Source: Macrostomum lignano
Taxonomy: Eukaryota
Direction: 5' to 3'
DNA length: 64,000 nt
NCBI GenBank assembly: GCA_002269645.1
Contig: NIVC01001009.1
Location: forward strand, 62,001 to 126,000
A program made the translations under genes and the position numbers. Positions 36,369-50,015 of this stretch are shown piece after piece; the first letter of the stretch is position 1, and each line of letters begins with the position of its first letter. The notes beneath the pieces are model-generated. The model made no database searches. It was not told the DNA's origin and worked only from the letters and a program-made list of their open reading frames with translations.

Positions 36369-38439
36369 GGACTATTTCAAAGGCTATTTAGTCCATTTAA
36401 GCGATCAAACTTGAGTAACTAGTTGGCACCGGCTAGATTTCTAAATAAGTAAAATTATTAATGCTCGACTGACTTTAGGAATTCAGATCAACTTAATCTA
36501 AAATTGAAAAAAAATTACATTTCTCTGTGCCAATGAAGGCGATATTCTTGCAGATCTCTATGGACTATGGCAATCGAATCAATATAATAATCAGACCGTT
36601 TAATTTCCAGCTCATTCTACAATGTAAGCTTGGGGAACAGCACAAAATTCGGGCATTGATTAGTTAGAAATTAATGAAATATCCCATCGGCAGCGGCTCA
36701 CGCAAGGAAGGCGCCGCAGAAAAATGGCCGCAATGCCATGCAGATAAGTTAATTTCGAATCCCGTCGCTCTCCGAAACGCGTTAATTGCAATCAGCGCCG
36801 AGACCTCCTTCATATGACCCCACCCCAACACTGCCCGCAAATCAATGCTTCGGCTGAACTTCCTTCTACTCGTAGCAGCCTAGTTTTCAATTGCCAACCC
36901 CTTGGGCCATCTCCGACACCCCACAAATCCCTTAATCACTTAATCCTTCATCGATTTAGTCGAGATTTCCAAGGGGATGGGGGTGGAAGGGGTTGGCCCG
37001 GGTTCGAGAGTCAAGACATGGAATTCTAGAACTAGGACCTGGAATAGCAGCTCTGCACCCAACCGTCTATTGGGGCTGGCGGACTGAGTGTGTTCAGTTT
37101 ACACGCTGCAGGTAAGGCGAGTTTCTGTGTCACTTTCGATTCAGTCACTTCACTTGAAGATCATGGATTCCAGCGGGATAAACATAGAAAGGTGTGACGC
37201 AAAAACGTGTTTTATTTGTTGGATGGATCTTAGCCGCAACAGATTCATTTCGAGACAACTAAGTAGGCTTGTAGTCTAGGCCTGTAATTTGATCGGAAAA
37301 TTAAATACCATTACGAAGTTACGAAATGATAATATTTTTGCAATACTTCGACTACAAAAATAGCTCTCTGGAATCCATCAGGGCTTTCAAGTGAGATACA
37401 GCTTTAAAGTGTGGCTAAGCGAACTTAGCAAAAACTAATTGCTTTGGTTAAGCCAGGTCGCAGTTGTGACAATTTTCGCACAAAGTTTTAGACTCAGAAA
37501 CTCTGCTGCGTTTCAATTGAAGAGACTTTGCCAGCTGCACTCAGTTGGTAGGCCAGGTCCCAGTTCCAGAACTCCTTGGTCAGGGAAGGCTTAGGCTATA
37601 CAGCAAGAAATTGAAGGAAAGTGGGGAAAATTAGCCCCGAATCGAGGCGGCTCGGTCAAAATCCCCGAGCAGATATGGCCGTATTATTGTCCACTCGTCG
37701 GAGTTTAATTCCCGAAACGGAATGCCCCGGGAGCTGAGGGGGGAGAGAAAGTTTTTGATGAGTTGAGGCAGGCTTCCAGCCTCGAAATTTGCTGCTGGAG
37801 TGCCCTTGGGCTGCACTGCCTTTAATTACTCCAGTTTTGGCCATATTTAATTCCAGGCAGAGCTCGCCTTCGCGACTGAATGGCCGCATGATTGGAATGA
37901 TTAAAATATGTCAAAATTGATTTCATGTCGACACTCTGCTTGAACCCTGCTGTCAGGCAAACAAGGCCTTAACTACGAGTATCAGAATTAGTTCCCAGTA
38001 AACTCTGCACAAAAATCAATCTTACCTTGAGGAGCGCGAATAATTCCGAGCATCTTTCAGAAAATCTCCATCACAAGAAATTCCCTGGGGAATTTCCTAA
38101 TTATCAACACCGAGATTCTTTAAGAGAGAACCACAATCCAGAGTCCCAGAGGATCACCCCCGAGAATCGATCCCGAGAATCGTCCTCCAGAATCTTACCT
38201 GACAATCTCCTCGAGAATCTCGAAAATCTTTCATGAGAATCACGCTCGAGAATTCTCGAGAATCTTATCTGACAATCTCTGAGAATCTCGGCGAGACTCT
38301 CCTCGACGATCTTCCCCAAGAATACCATCTAAGAATCTCCCCTAAAAATATCCACCAAGAATCTTGCCTAAGAATCTTCCGAGAATCTCCTTGAGAAACT
38401 TTCCGATAATCTTCCTTGAGAATCCTTGAGAATCTCAGA

Positions 38440-38851
38440 ACTCAGAACTCAGAATCTCTCTCTCTTTAGAGAGAATCCCAGGACTCAGAACCCAGAATCT
38501 TCATCGAGAATCCCAGGACTCAGAACCCAGAATCTTCATCGAGAATCCCAGGACTCAGAACCCAGAATCTTCATCGAGAATCCCAGGACTCAGAACCCAG
38601 AATCTTCATCGAGAATCCCAGGACTCAGAACCCAGAATCTTCATCGAGAATCCCAGGACTCAGAACCCAGAATCTTCATCGAGAATCCCAGGACTCAGAA
38701 CCCAGAATCTTCATCGAGAATCCCAGGACTCAGAACCCAGAATCTTCATCGAGAATCCCAGGACTCAGAACCCAGAATCTTCATCGAGAATCCCAGGACT
38801 CAGAATCCAGAATCTCTCTCTCTGTCTCGAATCCCAGGGCTCAGAACCCAG

Positions 38852-38896
<45 letters not shown>

Positions 38897-39205
38897 GTCT
38901 CGAATCCCAGGACTCAGAACCCAGAATCTTAATCGAGAATCCAGGACTCAGAACCCAGAATCTTAATCGAGAATCCAGGACTCAGAACCCAGAATCTTAA
39001 TCGAGAATCCAGGACTCAGAACCCAGAATCTTAATCGAGAATCCAGGACTCAGAACCCAGAATCTTAATCGAGAATCCAGGACTCAGAACCCAGAATCTT
39101 AATCGAGAATCCAGGACTCAGAACCCAGAATCTTAATCGAGAATCCAGGACTCAGAACCCAGAATCTTAATCGAGAATCCAGGACTCAGAACCCAGAATC
39201 TCCCT
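38440..39205. repeat. 35-bp then 34-bp minisatellite (C)CCAGGACTCAGAACCCAGAATCTT(C/A)ATCGAGAAT
   Basis: Seen directly; preceded by degenerate GAGAATC-rich sequence at about 38020-38430. Confidence 0.95.
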
Positions 39206-40254
39206 CGAGAATCTGCTCGAAAATCGCCCTGAGAATATTACCTCCTACGGTAATTCCCTCCATTAATTCCCCTACAGGGAATCTCTAAGTGGTAATTATC
39301 GTGAGAGAAGAGTCAAATAGAAACGAGAACTCAGAAATAGATGAGATACCAATTAAACTTTCTGGTCCTAGGTAATTAGTTTCCATCAGGTGGCATATGG
39401 CAGTCTCAACTGTCCAATTTAATCAAATAGTAGCACCCTTCAAAACACTCGAGCCGTGACTGACTGAATGCCGCCCCAGAGACTGCCAGCACAATAACAC
39501 GCTGGTCTTGAACTGCCCAGCAGTCAGGTGAGACAGACAGACGAATAATAAGGGACAGAAGAGAGCGCTGCTCGGCGCGCTGAAACTATTGGAATTTCTC
39601 CAAGTGCAGCTGAGTGGCCCCCCCCCCAGACTGCCGGCCACACCACCTTTGACTTTGTTGCACGGGCGGGGAATGATTTACGTTAACCACTTACTGCACC
39701 TCGGCTGCGGCAGTAAAAGTCGTGACTGAGTGTCCCAACACCTGCCGGCAGAGAATATTATTTTCATTAAAGCTGAGAGCTCCCAGGTGAACAGAAAAAT
39801 TAAGTCAATTAATTAAGCGAAGCAGATAGTGAAGCAGGGGCGCGATGAAAGTAGCGAAATTAATTCTAGCCCTTTAGAAGACAACCAATTATAAGCAGAG
39901 ATTTGCAAATTGCAGGCTTGGGGGATAAAGCGGCCACGCAGATGAGATTTACCTGCCTTTCTATTTCCTAATCAGCTCTCGGGGAGCAAAAAGAGAAAGG
40001 CTAAATTATTGCTAAATTGTCCAATGCTTTGAGCTAATTAGAGCAAATTTTAGTCCCTAATTTGCTAATTTATTCAATTAAACGGGGCCATCATTGAGTT
40101 CTTATGGTGCAGTGATGGTTAAGTCTTTCAAATCCTATTCTATTGGCAAAACTGGGACAGTGGCAACACAGAAAGTGTTTTTCAGGTGTGTTTTATCGGC
40201 CTTTATCAGTACGAGCAAAACGGCACTGATTTCGTGGAAAACATAAAATTTGGC

Positions 40255-40855
40255 ATGTTTGTGGCATGGCAATCCCTCAGGACTCACACTGGAACCCATC
40301 AAATGACACAAGTAGAATCCCATAGAAATGGCATGGCAATCCCTCAGAACTCACACTGGAACCCATCAAATGACACTAGTAGAATCCCATAGAAATGGCA
40401 TGGCAATCCCTCAGAACTCACACTGGAACCCATCAAATGACACTAGTAGAATCCCATAGAAATGGCATGGCAATCCCTCAGAACCCAAACTGGAACCCAT
40501 CAAATGACACTAGTAGAATCCCATAGAAATAGCATGGCAATCCCTCAGAACCCAAACTGGAACCCATCAAATGACACTAGAATGGCACTGGAATCCCATA
40601 GAAATGGCACTGGAATCCCATAGAAATGGCACTAGAATCCCATAGAAATGGCACTGGAATCCCATAGAAATGGCACTGGAATCCCATAGAAATGGCACTG
40701 GAATCCCATAGAATTTGCACTGGAATCCCATAGAAAAGGCACTGGAATCCCATAGAAATGGCACTGGAATCCCATAGAAATGGCACTAGAATCCCATAGA
40801 AATGGCACTAGATACCATAATAAATGCATTAGAATCCCAGAGAAATGGCACTCGC
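40255..40855. repeat. 67-bp repeat (about 4.5 copies) grading into a 22-bp GGCACTGGAATCCCATAGAAAT array
   Basis: Period 67 at 40263, 40330, 40397; 22-mers from about 40570. Confidence 0.93.
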
Positions 40856-41644
40856 AATTATCATCGTATTTCAACAGGCAACATTAATGTCAATGATAAT
40901 GTATAGTATATTTAGCAAATTCTGTTCACAGAAGAAGCAAGCCTCAAATGAAGAAGAAACTAAGCAACAGAGGAAGTGGGCAGGTGATGGGGCAGTAACT
41001 TGTTTGCAAGCAGGATTCGATGCTGAGTTCAACTCCATCCTTGAAACTTTCCATTTCAGCGATCGCAAGCTAGATAGAGTAAAATTGAAAACAAGGCAAA
41101 AATGTCAGATCGAATTAACAAAAACTCGGAATCGAAAAAATCCAGTTTTTGCATTACAAACGAGCAAGTACAAACACACAAAATAATAGAAGGGATTACG
41201 ACATTCGTTAATACAGACAGACGACACGCAAGATTATGAGTTAAGCTCTTTCATTAGGTTTGGATCTCTGAAGACTAGGCTGTCATTAAAACAGTTTGCA
41301 AAAAATTAACAAATGAGATTAAGCTATTGAAATCGATGTATCATGGAGTAGGTTTTAAAAAGACCAATTTTTACATTCCAATAAGCTCGTGATTATCGTA
41401 CAGGACATTTTCACGAGACGAAAATTGGGGAGCACAGGCAGAGCGGGGCTAAGAATCGATTCAATTAATTTCCCACATCGCACAATCAAAGTTGTGGGAA
41501 GGCCATTTAGCAACAACACAAAAACAAAAATCACGCGCGTCGTAATTCAAGCAAGCAATCAAAACAGGCGACAGAACCGATTAGAAAAAAACAAAACATG
41601 AATAAGCACTGAATAAGCGTCTTTTCAACGTGATTCAGATTAAG

Positions 41645-42975
41645 GCTGTGAGTGAGGCAGATTCTTCTGGATTCAAGCTGCGAATGGGGCGGATTTGATA
41701 GGGTTTAGTCTGTGAGTGAGGCGATTCTTCTGGATTCAAGCTGCGAATGGGGCGGATTTGATAGGGTTTAGTCTGTGAGTGAGGCAGATTCTTCTGGATT
41801 CAAGCTGCGAATGGGGCGGATTTGATAGGGTTAGTCTGTGAGTGAGGCAGATTCTTCTGGATTCAGGCTGCGAATGGGGCGGATTTGATAGGGTTAGTCT
41901 GTGAGTGAGGCAGATTCTTCTGGATTCAAGCTGCGAATGGGGCGGATTTGATAGGGTTAGTCTGTGAGTGAGGCAGATTCTTCTGGATTCAGGCTGCGAA
42001 TGGGGCGGATTTGATAGGGTTAGTCTGTGAGTGAGGCAGATTCTTCTGGATTCAGGCTGCGAATGGGGCGGATTTGATAGGGTTTAGTCTGTGAGTGAGG
42101 CGATTCTTCTGGATTCAAGCTGCGAATGGGGCGGATTTGATAGGGTTTAGTCTGTGAGTGAGGCAGATTCTTCTGGATTCAGGCTGCGAATGGGGCGGAT
42201 TTGATAGGGTTTAGTCTGTGAGTGAGGCGATTCTTCTGGATTCAAGCTGCGAATGGGGCGGATTTGATAGGGTTAGTCTGTGAGTGAGGCAGATTCTTCT
42301 GGATTCAGGCTGCGAATGGGGCGGATTTGATAGGGTTAGTCTGTGAGTGAGGCGATTCTTCTGGATTCAGGCTGCGAATGGGGCGGATTTGATAGGGTTT
42401 AGTCTGTGAGTGAGGCAGATTCTTCTGGATTCAGGCTGCGAATGGGGCGGATTTGATAGGGTTAGTCTGTGAGTGAGGCGATTCTTCTGGATTCAGGCTG
42501 CGAATGGGGTGGATTTGATAGGGTTTAGTCTGTGAGTGAGGCGATTCTTCTGGATTCAAGCTGCGAATGGGGTGGATTTGATAGGGTTTAGTCTGTGAGT
42601 GAGGCGGATTCTTCTGGATTCAAGCTGCGAATGGGGCGGATTTGATAGGGTTAGTCTGTGAGTGAGGCAGATTCTTCTGGATTCAAGCTGCGAATGGGGC
42701 GGATTTGATAGGGTTAGTCTGTGAGTGAGGCAGATTCTTCTGGAATCAAGCTGCGAATGGGGCGGAATTGATAGGGTTTAGTCTGTGAGGGAGCAAATTC
42801 CGTGGGGTTTAGTCTGTGAGGGAGCGGATTCGGTGGGGTTTAGTTTGTGAGGGAGCGGATTTGGTGGAGTTTAGGCTGTGAGGGAGCGGATTTGGTGGTG
42901 TTTAGTCTGTGAGGGAGCGGATTCGGTGGGGTTTAGTCTGAGAGGGAGAGGATTCGGTGGGGTCTAGTCTGTGAA
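41645..42975. repeat. 62-64-bp satellite grading into 31-bp units, just 3' of the homeobox stop codon
   Basis: AGTCTGTGAGTGAGGCAGATTCTTCTGGATTCAAGCTGCGAATGGGGCGGATTTGATAGGGTTT units, then AGTCTGTGAGGGAGCGGATTCGGTGGGGTTT. Confidence 0.95.
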
Positions 42976-43060
42976 CAGGATGGAGTCTGCATACCGTAGC
43001 AGTCAGCAGGTGAGAATCACAAAAAAATTGTCATGCAGTGAGTTTGTTTCGCACAAGCCG

Positions 43061-43810
43061 TCACTCAAAGGTGCTGTCGCTGTCTTGCGCCGCTGCTGCC
43101 GCCGCCGCAGAATCTGCCGGCGGCGAAGAGGAGGCGCTAGCAGCAGGTGAGCTGCAGAACTGCTGGGCAGCTGCCGCAGCAGCCGCCGCGCCAGAGCGGT
43201 GAAAATTCAAACCGCCAAATGGCAGTTTCGGGCAGGCGCTGGCCGCCGAAGACGTTACCGCAGGCGTAGCAGAGCTCCGGAATCCCGCTTGATGATGAGC
43301 GGCCTGCGTCAGTGGCGGCAGCGACGCCTGGTGCAGCGAAGGTGGCGGCGGGAGCGCCGGCGGAAGGAACGGCAGGGAGACCCCACCGCGTCCAGCCGCC
43401 GCCGCGGCAGCCGCCAGCCACAGAAGCTCTGGTGGGCAGCCGCCGCCTCCGCCGTTGCCTCCTCCACCAGCGGCGCCTCCGCTTCCAGTTGAGGTGGCCG
43501 CCGCAGCGGCGGCAGCAGCGGCAGCAGCGGCGCACCGGGACAGAAAATTCGAAGAGGCAGCGGACGACGATGGAGACGTCGATGACGGAAGCTGATGCGG
43601 TGGGGGCGGCGGCGGCGGCGGCGGGGGCGGCGGCGGAGGTGGCGGATGGCCTGGGGGAAACGGCGGGCCAAAGATTGACTCCAGCAGGTGCGGATGGTGA
43701 TGAGGCGCCATCCCGGATGTGAGGCGCCAGGCGTCCAAACAGCTACCCGTTTCGCTGGTCAGCTGCTTCTCGCGCTTGCGCCACTTTGCTCGGCGGTTTT
43801 GGAACCACAC
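43061..43810 (-). CDS. hbn: Homeobrain-like PRD-class (Q50) homeobox gene, exon 3
   Basis: Acceptor accgcAG (43812-43811), then VWFQNRRAKWRKREK and a Pro/Ala/Ser-rich tail to TGA at 43063-43061. Confidence 0.92.
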   Translation of the reverse strand: MWFQNRRAKWRKREKQLTSETGSCLDAWRLTSGMAPHHHPHLLESIFGPPFPPGHPPPPPPPPPPPPPPPPHQLPSSTSPSSSAASSNFLSRCAAAAAAAAAAAATSTGSGGAAGGGGNGGGGGCPPELLWLAAAAAAAGRGGVSLPFLPPALPPPPSLHQASLPPLTQAAHHQAGFRSSATPAVTSSAASACPKLPFGGLNFHRSGAAAAAAAAQQFCSSPAASASSSPPADSAAAAAAAQDSDSTFE

Positions 43811-43849
43811 CTGCGGTGTGCGGTGGGGAAGGACTGGCGTTGGAGATGA

Positions 43850-44755
43850 TACTGGAATCCCATATAATTGGCACTAGAATCCGATAGAAATGGCACTGGA
43901 ATCCTATATAAATGGCACTGGAATCCCACAGAAATGGCACTGGAATCCTATAGAAATGGCACTGGAATCCTATAGAAATGGCACTGGAATCTCATCGAAA
44001 AGGCACTGGAATCTCATAGAAATGGCACTAGAATCCCATAGAAATGGCACTGGAATCCCATAGAAATGGCACTGGAATCCTATAGAAATGGCACTGGAAT
44101 CCTATAGAAATGGCACTGGAATCCCATAGAAATGGCACTGGAATCCTATAGAAATGGCACTGGAATCCTATAGAAATGGCACTGGAATCCCATAGAAATG
44201 GCACTGGAATCCTATAGAAATGGCACTGGAATCCCATAGAAATGGCACTGGAATCTCATAGAAATGGCACTAGAATCCCATAGAAATGGCACTGGAATCC
44301 CATAGAAATGGCACTGGAATCCTATAGAAATGGCACTGGAATCCCATAGAAATGGCACTGGAATCCTATAGAAATGGCACTGGAATCCTATAGAAATGGC
44401 ACTGGAATCCCATAGAAATGGCACTGGAATCCTATAGAAATGGCACTGGAATCCCATAGAAATGGCACTGGAATCTCATAGAAATGGCACTAGAATCCCA
44501 TAGAAATGGCACTGGAATCCCATAGAAATGGCACTGGAATCCTATAGAAATGGCACTGGAATCCCATAGAAATGGCACTGGAATCCTATAGAAATGGCAC
44601 TGGAATCCTATAGAAATGGCACTGGAATCCCATAGAAATGGCACTGGAATCCTATAGAAATGGCACTGGAATCCCATAGAAATGGCACTGGAATCTCATA
44701 GAAATGGCACTCGAATCCCATAGAAATGGCACTGGAATCCCATAGAATTGGCACT
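43850..44755. repeat. 22-bp minisatellite GGCACTGGAATCC(C/T)ATAGAAAT in homeobox intron 2
   Basis: Same unit and orientation as 40570-40855. Confidence 0.97.
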
Positions 44756-45779
44756 ATAGCACAAATTTGACAGTGAAATCCAAATAAAGCATGCAGTCAC
44801 AACCTACAGAAGGAAATGAATAATAACGACTTCAGAGAAGTCAGTAAATATAGACTGCAGTAGTTACAATATCCCTCGATGAAGGCAAAGATGCAATATT
44901 GCTGGCGGCACTGTCTCAATCAAGCTGGAGATATTATTTAGAGCAATAAAACTTCTCTGTCCCTCTGGACACGCCCAAAAATCTTTTCTATTTACCAACT
45001 TGGGTTGGTGGGGCCTGGGGTGGCCGAGCAATCCAGGAAATCAATTGTAATGGAAGGAATTCTAGGTCTATTGGCTGCGTAGATGCGGGCCGAAACCCAA
45101 GGGTCCGCCATAATCCTGCTCAGTGTAATAACGACTCTAAACGGGCGACTCAAGCGAATAAAATGAGATTCGAAATGCCGCCCCCGGGGGTCGCGAGGCG
45201 CTGTTATAAGGCGTAATGACATTGGGGGCGCTGGGGAGGCCACCGATTATTAGTTTACACAACAATTGACAAACAGGCCCGGTGCAGAGAGGCAATTTGA
45301 GGTGGCGAATTGGCCAATTTTCATTAAAACCCGAGACCCCCGCTCACCCTGTTAGCCACTTGGCCAAATCCTCTCAATTACTTATTAAGTCTTGGCCGTC
45401 TCCAACTGGCACAGCGGGAGGCCCCCGGGTGACGACGCCCTCAACCCGCCCTCCCCATCAGTCCTGATCTCGTTACTGCCTAATTCAAATGTAATAACCT
45501 GATTGAGTAGCTTTGCCGGGCTTGCAGACGAGAGGGCACGGCTTAGTGTGTAGGGTTTCTGGGGATTGGGAAAAAAGAAGAAGAGCTAGGCTCTGGCGCC
45601 AGATTTTTGCCCTTGAAATTATCTAGCCCAAACAAAACTCACGGCTAAGAATTGGCCTTTCGATTTGAGAAATTCTTGGAAAGTGGATGGAAAAATCGAT
45701 AAAGTCGCTGCCCAGTCTGTCTGAAATTGCATGCTTCATTTCTTACCAGATGGATAGGGGTTGGTGACAGGGTGCGGAA

Positions 45780-46500
45780 TGCAGAGTGACAGGATGCTGG
45801 TGACAGGGTGACAGGATGCTGGTGACAGGGTGACAGGGTGCTGGATACAGGGTGACAGGTTGCTGGATACAGGGTGACAGGGTGCTGGATACAGGGTGAC
45901 AGGTTGCTGGATACAGGGTGACAGGGTGCTGGATACAGGGTGACAGGTTGCTGGATACAGGGTGACAGGGTGCTGGATACAGGGTGACAGGTTGCTGAAT
46001 ACAGCGTGACAGGGTGCGGAATGCAGGGTGACAGGGCGATGGATACGGGGTGACAGGGCGATGGATACGGGGTGACAAGGCACTGGATACAGGGTGACAG
46101 GGCGATGGTGACAGGGTGACAGGGTGCTGGATACAGGGTGACAGGGTGCTGGATACAGGGTGACAGGGTGCTGGATACAGGGTGACAGGGTGCTGGATAC
46201 AGGGTGACAGGGTGCTGGATACAGGGTGACAGGGTGCTGGATACAGGGTGACAGGGTGCTGGATACAGGGTGACAGGGTGCTGGATACAGGGTGACAGGG
46301 TGCTGGATACAGGGTGACAGGGCACTGGATACAGGGTGACAGGGTGCTGGATACAGGGTGACAGGGCACTGGATACAGGGTGACAGGGCACTGGATACAG
46401 GGTGACAGGGCACTGGATACAGGGTGACAGGGTGCTGGATACAGGGTGACAGGGCACTGGATACAGGGTGACAGGGCGCTGGATACAATGCAGGGACAGG
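45780..46500. repeat. 22-bp minisatellite GGTGACAGGGTGCTGGATACAG
   Basis: Seen directly. Confidence 0.96.
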
Positions 46501-47394
46501 GTGTTGGTGGAGAGAAGATAAAGGGAGAAGTAAGAGGGGTCAGTAGAAGAGAGCAGACGGGAGAGATCACTAGATCAGAGGATGAACTAACATGGAGAGT
46601 GAGAAGAGACAGCCGCATATAGAATTTTAGTCCACTTGAGCAGAGGGATTTCTCTGTCGCACCCTCGAGTCTTCTCAATTGAATCTATATAAAATATAAA
46701 TTGGCCACAGAAATAAACAAGCCTACATTTAGCCAATTCAGCAGATCCCACCGCTAATTCCATTATTTCCGCCTCGTTGATCACTTTTTTGCCCCCCCCC
46801 CTCTGCCCACCCTCATCCGCCCCCTGTCTGTTGGAGTATAGCCGCAGGAATGCCAGCCCGCAGCCTTGAGTTCCGGCCTAATTGCCCGTGAGTGAGAGAA
46901 TCTCCTCAGAGCTCGGGCCGGGTAGGACTCGCTATACAGAAACGAAATTCGCACCAACGAACGAGCAGCGAATTAGCTGATAGATTATTAAATGCGCGCT
47001 TTTATCGACAGACTTCATTCAAAGCTTTGAGTAGAAATTGCGAAGCCATACTTCAGAATTGTGCGTTTGACATCTGTCCAACAATTTCCTGTCCATTAAG
47101 CCGGAGGGCCGCATGGGGGGCGAAAGAAATCAAAGCTGTTTGTCCCCAGCGATATTATGGTCATATAGAATCGTGTGCAGATATATGAATCCTGAGTGCG
47201 GGACTAAAATTAAAAAGAATGTGCTTACGACCTATATGGTTGGTTTGTTTGGCTTTGATCACTACTGCAATTTTGAAATACGATTTTTCAGACTTTGGAT
47301 GCTATTTAGTTCTCAAGCCATATTGAAATTGCTTTTAATTCAGTAATTTAAACTATTTTCTTTGTCTCTAGTTCTTCGTTTACATTTCAACTCC

Positions 47395-48022
47395 CTCATT
47401 CCCCCCTCTCACTCTCATTCACTCTCATTCACTACCTCTCACTCTCATTCGCTCCCTCTCGCTCTCATTCACTCTCATTCACTACCCTCTCACTCTCATT
47501 CGCTCCCTCTCACTCTCATTCACTCTCATTCACTACCTCTCACTCTCATTCACCCTCTCTCACTCCCATTCACTCCCTCTCACTCTCATTCACTCCCTCT
47601 CACTCTTATTCACTACCCTCTCACTCTCATTCACTCTCATTCACTCCCTCTCACTCTCATTCACCCTCTCTCACTCTCATTCACTCCCTCTCACTCTCAT
47701 TCACTCCCTCTCACTCTCATTCACTCCCTCTCACTCTCATTCACTCCCTCTCACTCTCATTCACTCTCTCCCATTCTCATTCACTCCCTCTCCCATTCTC
47801 ATTCACTCCCTCTCACTCTCATTCACTCCCTCTCACTCTCATTCACTCCCTCTCACTCTCATTCACTCTCTCCCATTCTCATTCACTCCCTCTCCCATTC
47901 TCATTCACTCCCTCTCACTCTCATTCACTCCCTCTCACTCTCATTCACACTCTCTCACTCTCATTCATTCCCTCTCACTCTTATTCACTCCCTTTCACTC
48001 TCATTCACCCACTCATTCACTC
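47395..48022. repeat. 10/20-bp C/T-rich repeat CACTCTCATTCACTCCCTCT
   Basis: Seen directly. Confidence 0.95.
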
Positions 48023-48170
48023 CTCGAAATCGAACGGAAATTTAAAGCTTCTAAAGTTTATAGTTGGTGAAATTTGCAGTACGGGCAATTGTGCAGCAGG
48101 CGCATCTCTGAACATGTACATCAATCAGTAAACTAAAGCTGTCAATCAACCAAACAACCAAGCAGCTCAC

Positions 48171-48565
48171 CTGCACCCGAGCCTCGCTAAGCTGAAGCCG
48201 CTGCGCTAGCTCCTCTCTAGTGAACACGTCGGGATACTGCGACTTCTCAAACGCCTGCTCCAGCTGGTGCAGCTGAAAAGTGGTGAAAGTCGTCCGCGAC
48301 CGGCGAATCTTCCTCGGCGCCTCCTCGTCCTTGTCGTCGATCGAGTCGTCTGGCTGCAGATCGTCGGCGTTTGATGCTGCGGCACCGACTTCGCCGCCGC
48401 CTCCGCCCCCGCCACCGTCCTCGTCATCCAACTCTTCGTTGCTATCGGGATCTGTAGCCATGGCAGCGGAGCTACCGCCCACGCCGATTTCGCCAATAGT
48501 GTGCGAATAATTATTTTCCATGGTCTGATGATGCTGATGACGATGCTGGCTGAGTGCTGCGGCTG
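48171..48565 (-). CDS. hbn: Homeobrain-like gene, exon 2 (first 46 homeodomain residues)
   Basis: [49 protein letters not shown]|GTGAGC, the canonical PRD intron position; [16 protein letters not shown] is characteristic of homeobrain. The phase-1 acceptor is inferred at 48567-48566 (NAGNAG alternative 3 nt further). Confidence 0.88.
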
Positions 48566-48913
48566 CTGAGTGGCGGATTTTGGTGTGCGGTGAATTTTTT
48601 TGTTTATAGGGCATACAGTGCCTTGCGGTTTAGCAGTAAATAGTGCGGCATTGAAATTATGACAATTGTCTATTCAGGTGTATGATGAGCGTAATGCATA
48701 AGCATCAATTCAGTCATATCAGCATTCGCAGCATTTGAATCATTATATAAGTAGGTATTTAAATATGGGGATCATTTTTTCTGAAATAATGGTATTTTTC
48801 ATACAAATGCATCTATGGTTTCACATTCACATCTGTTGCAGTTTTAGAAATAAAGAATTGAATTTATAAATTTCAGAATGGGGTCGCTCCCGCCAGTGAG
48901 ACTGAGATCTTAC

Positions 48914-49097
48914 CATAGAAATGCTCCTCATCTGGTCGTCTTTTCGAGTTGGCCAAAATTCCAGCAATGGAAAAATTTGTGCTTGCCATGGCCTGTCCGG
49001 TTGACTTGGTGACAACCGTATCCATGGCAACTGGAAGCTGCTGCTGCTGCTGCTGCTGCTCTTGGCTTCGCAAGGTCAGAGGTCGCGGTTCAATCAT
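48914..49097 (-). CDS. hbn: Homeobrain-like gene, exon 1 with eh1/octapeptide motif
   Basis: MIEPRP...QQQQQQQ...TNFSIAGILANSKRRPDEEHFY G|GTAAGA (phase 1). An in-frame upstream ATG at 49247 is an alternative start. The joined CDS is 1329 nt, 442 aa. Confidence 0.8.
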
Positions 49098-49619
49098 GGC
49101 TACGCTGACGCTGCAGTTTAAAATCTGGTCAGGAAAACAGGCTGTCTGGCTGTGGGGGGATTTTTGAGGCTTGTCTCGGCAGGTCGCTCCGCCACCCACC
49201 CCACCCTCCGCTGGCGCCACCAACCCCCTCGCGTCTTGGTCTGTCATTGGTCCATGGGCTGAGGGGGCGACTCAGAGTTTTACCAATTCATCAACACGGG
49301 ACACACAAGTCAAAAAGTGGTGTCAAATAGTACTCGTATTTAAATTTACCAGTTTTTTGCTGTGTTAAAGTGAAACTTCACCGCTTTTATGGTTCCAAAC
49401 ATCTCGCATTCACAATCCCTATAATTTCGCTCTTAAATCCAGCAATCCCTCAGTAATAAACTTGTTATAGTGCGAGCGCATATTAATCCTTCCTCCCTAC
49501 GTTCTGTCTGTACTCTAGGTACAAACTAATGTATTGTCTACTATAGCTGGCAGACGTGGTTTCTGTGTACATATACATCCATCGAGAGATACATGCATAA
49601 ATTATACAATAGCTCGTAT

Positions 49620-50015
49620 ATGATCAGATCAGAAAGATCACTAGGTAGGTAGAAAGGTAGGGAGGTAAGCAGGCGGGTAGGTGGACGATGCATGAAGGTA
49701 GAAGGTAGCTAGGTAGATAAGCAGGTTGGTAGGTAGAGTAAGCAGGTAGTTAGGTAGGTAAGCAGACAATGGATAGGTAGATCGGTAGTTAGTTAGGTAG
49801 TAGGTAAGTAAGTAGGTACGGTACGTAGGTCGATATTTAGGTAGGTAGCTAGGTAGCTAGGTAGACAAGCAGGTAGGTAGACATGCAGGTAGGTAGGTAG
49901 ACATGCAGGTAGGTAGGTAGACATGCAGGTAGGTAGGTAGGTAAGAACGTAGGTAGGGCAAACAGGTAAGTGGGCATTCAGACAGGTAGGTAGATAAACA
50001 GGTAGGTTTATGTAG
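49620..50015. repeat. Degenerate (GGTA)n-rich repeat
   Basis: Seen directly. Confidence 0.85.

Noticed and set aside
38440-42975. 35-, 63- and 67-bp arrays as CRISPR-like repeat-spacer loci
   Set aside because: Head-to-tail tandem units with no unique spacers, no cas genes, and a eukaryotic context.
46755-46765. TAAT-TCC-ATTA paired-class P3 dimer site as hbn autoregulation
   Set aside because: A single site; a few are expected by chance in 64 kb of this composition.
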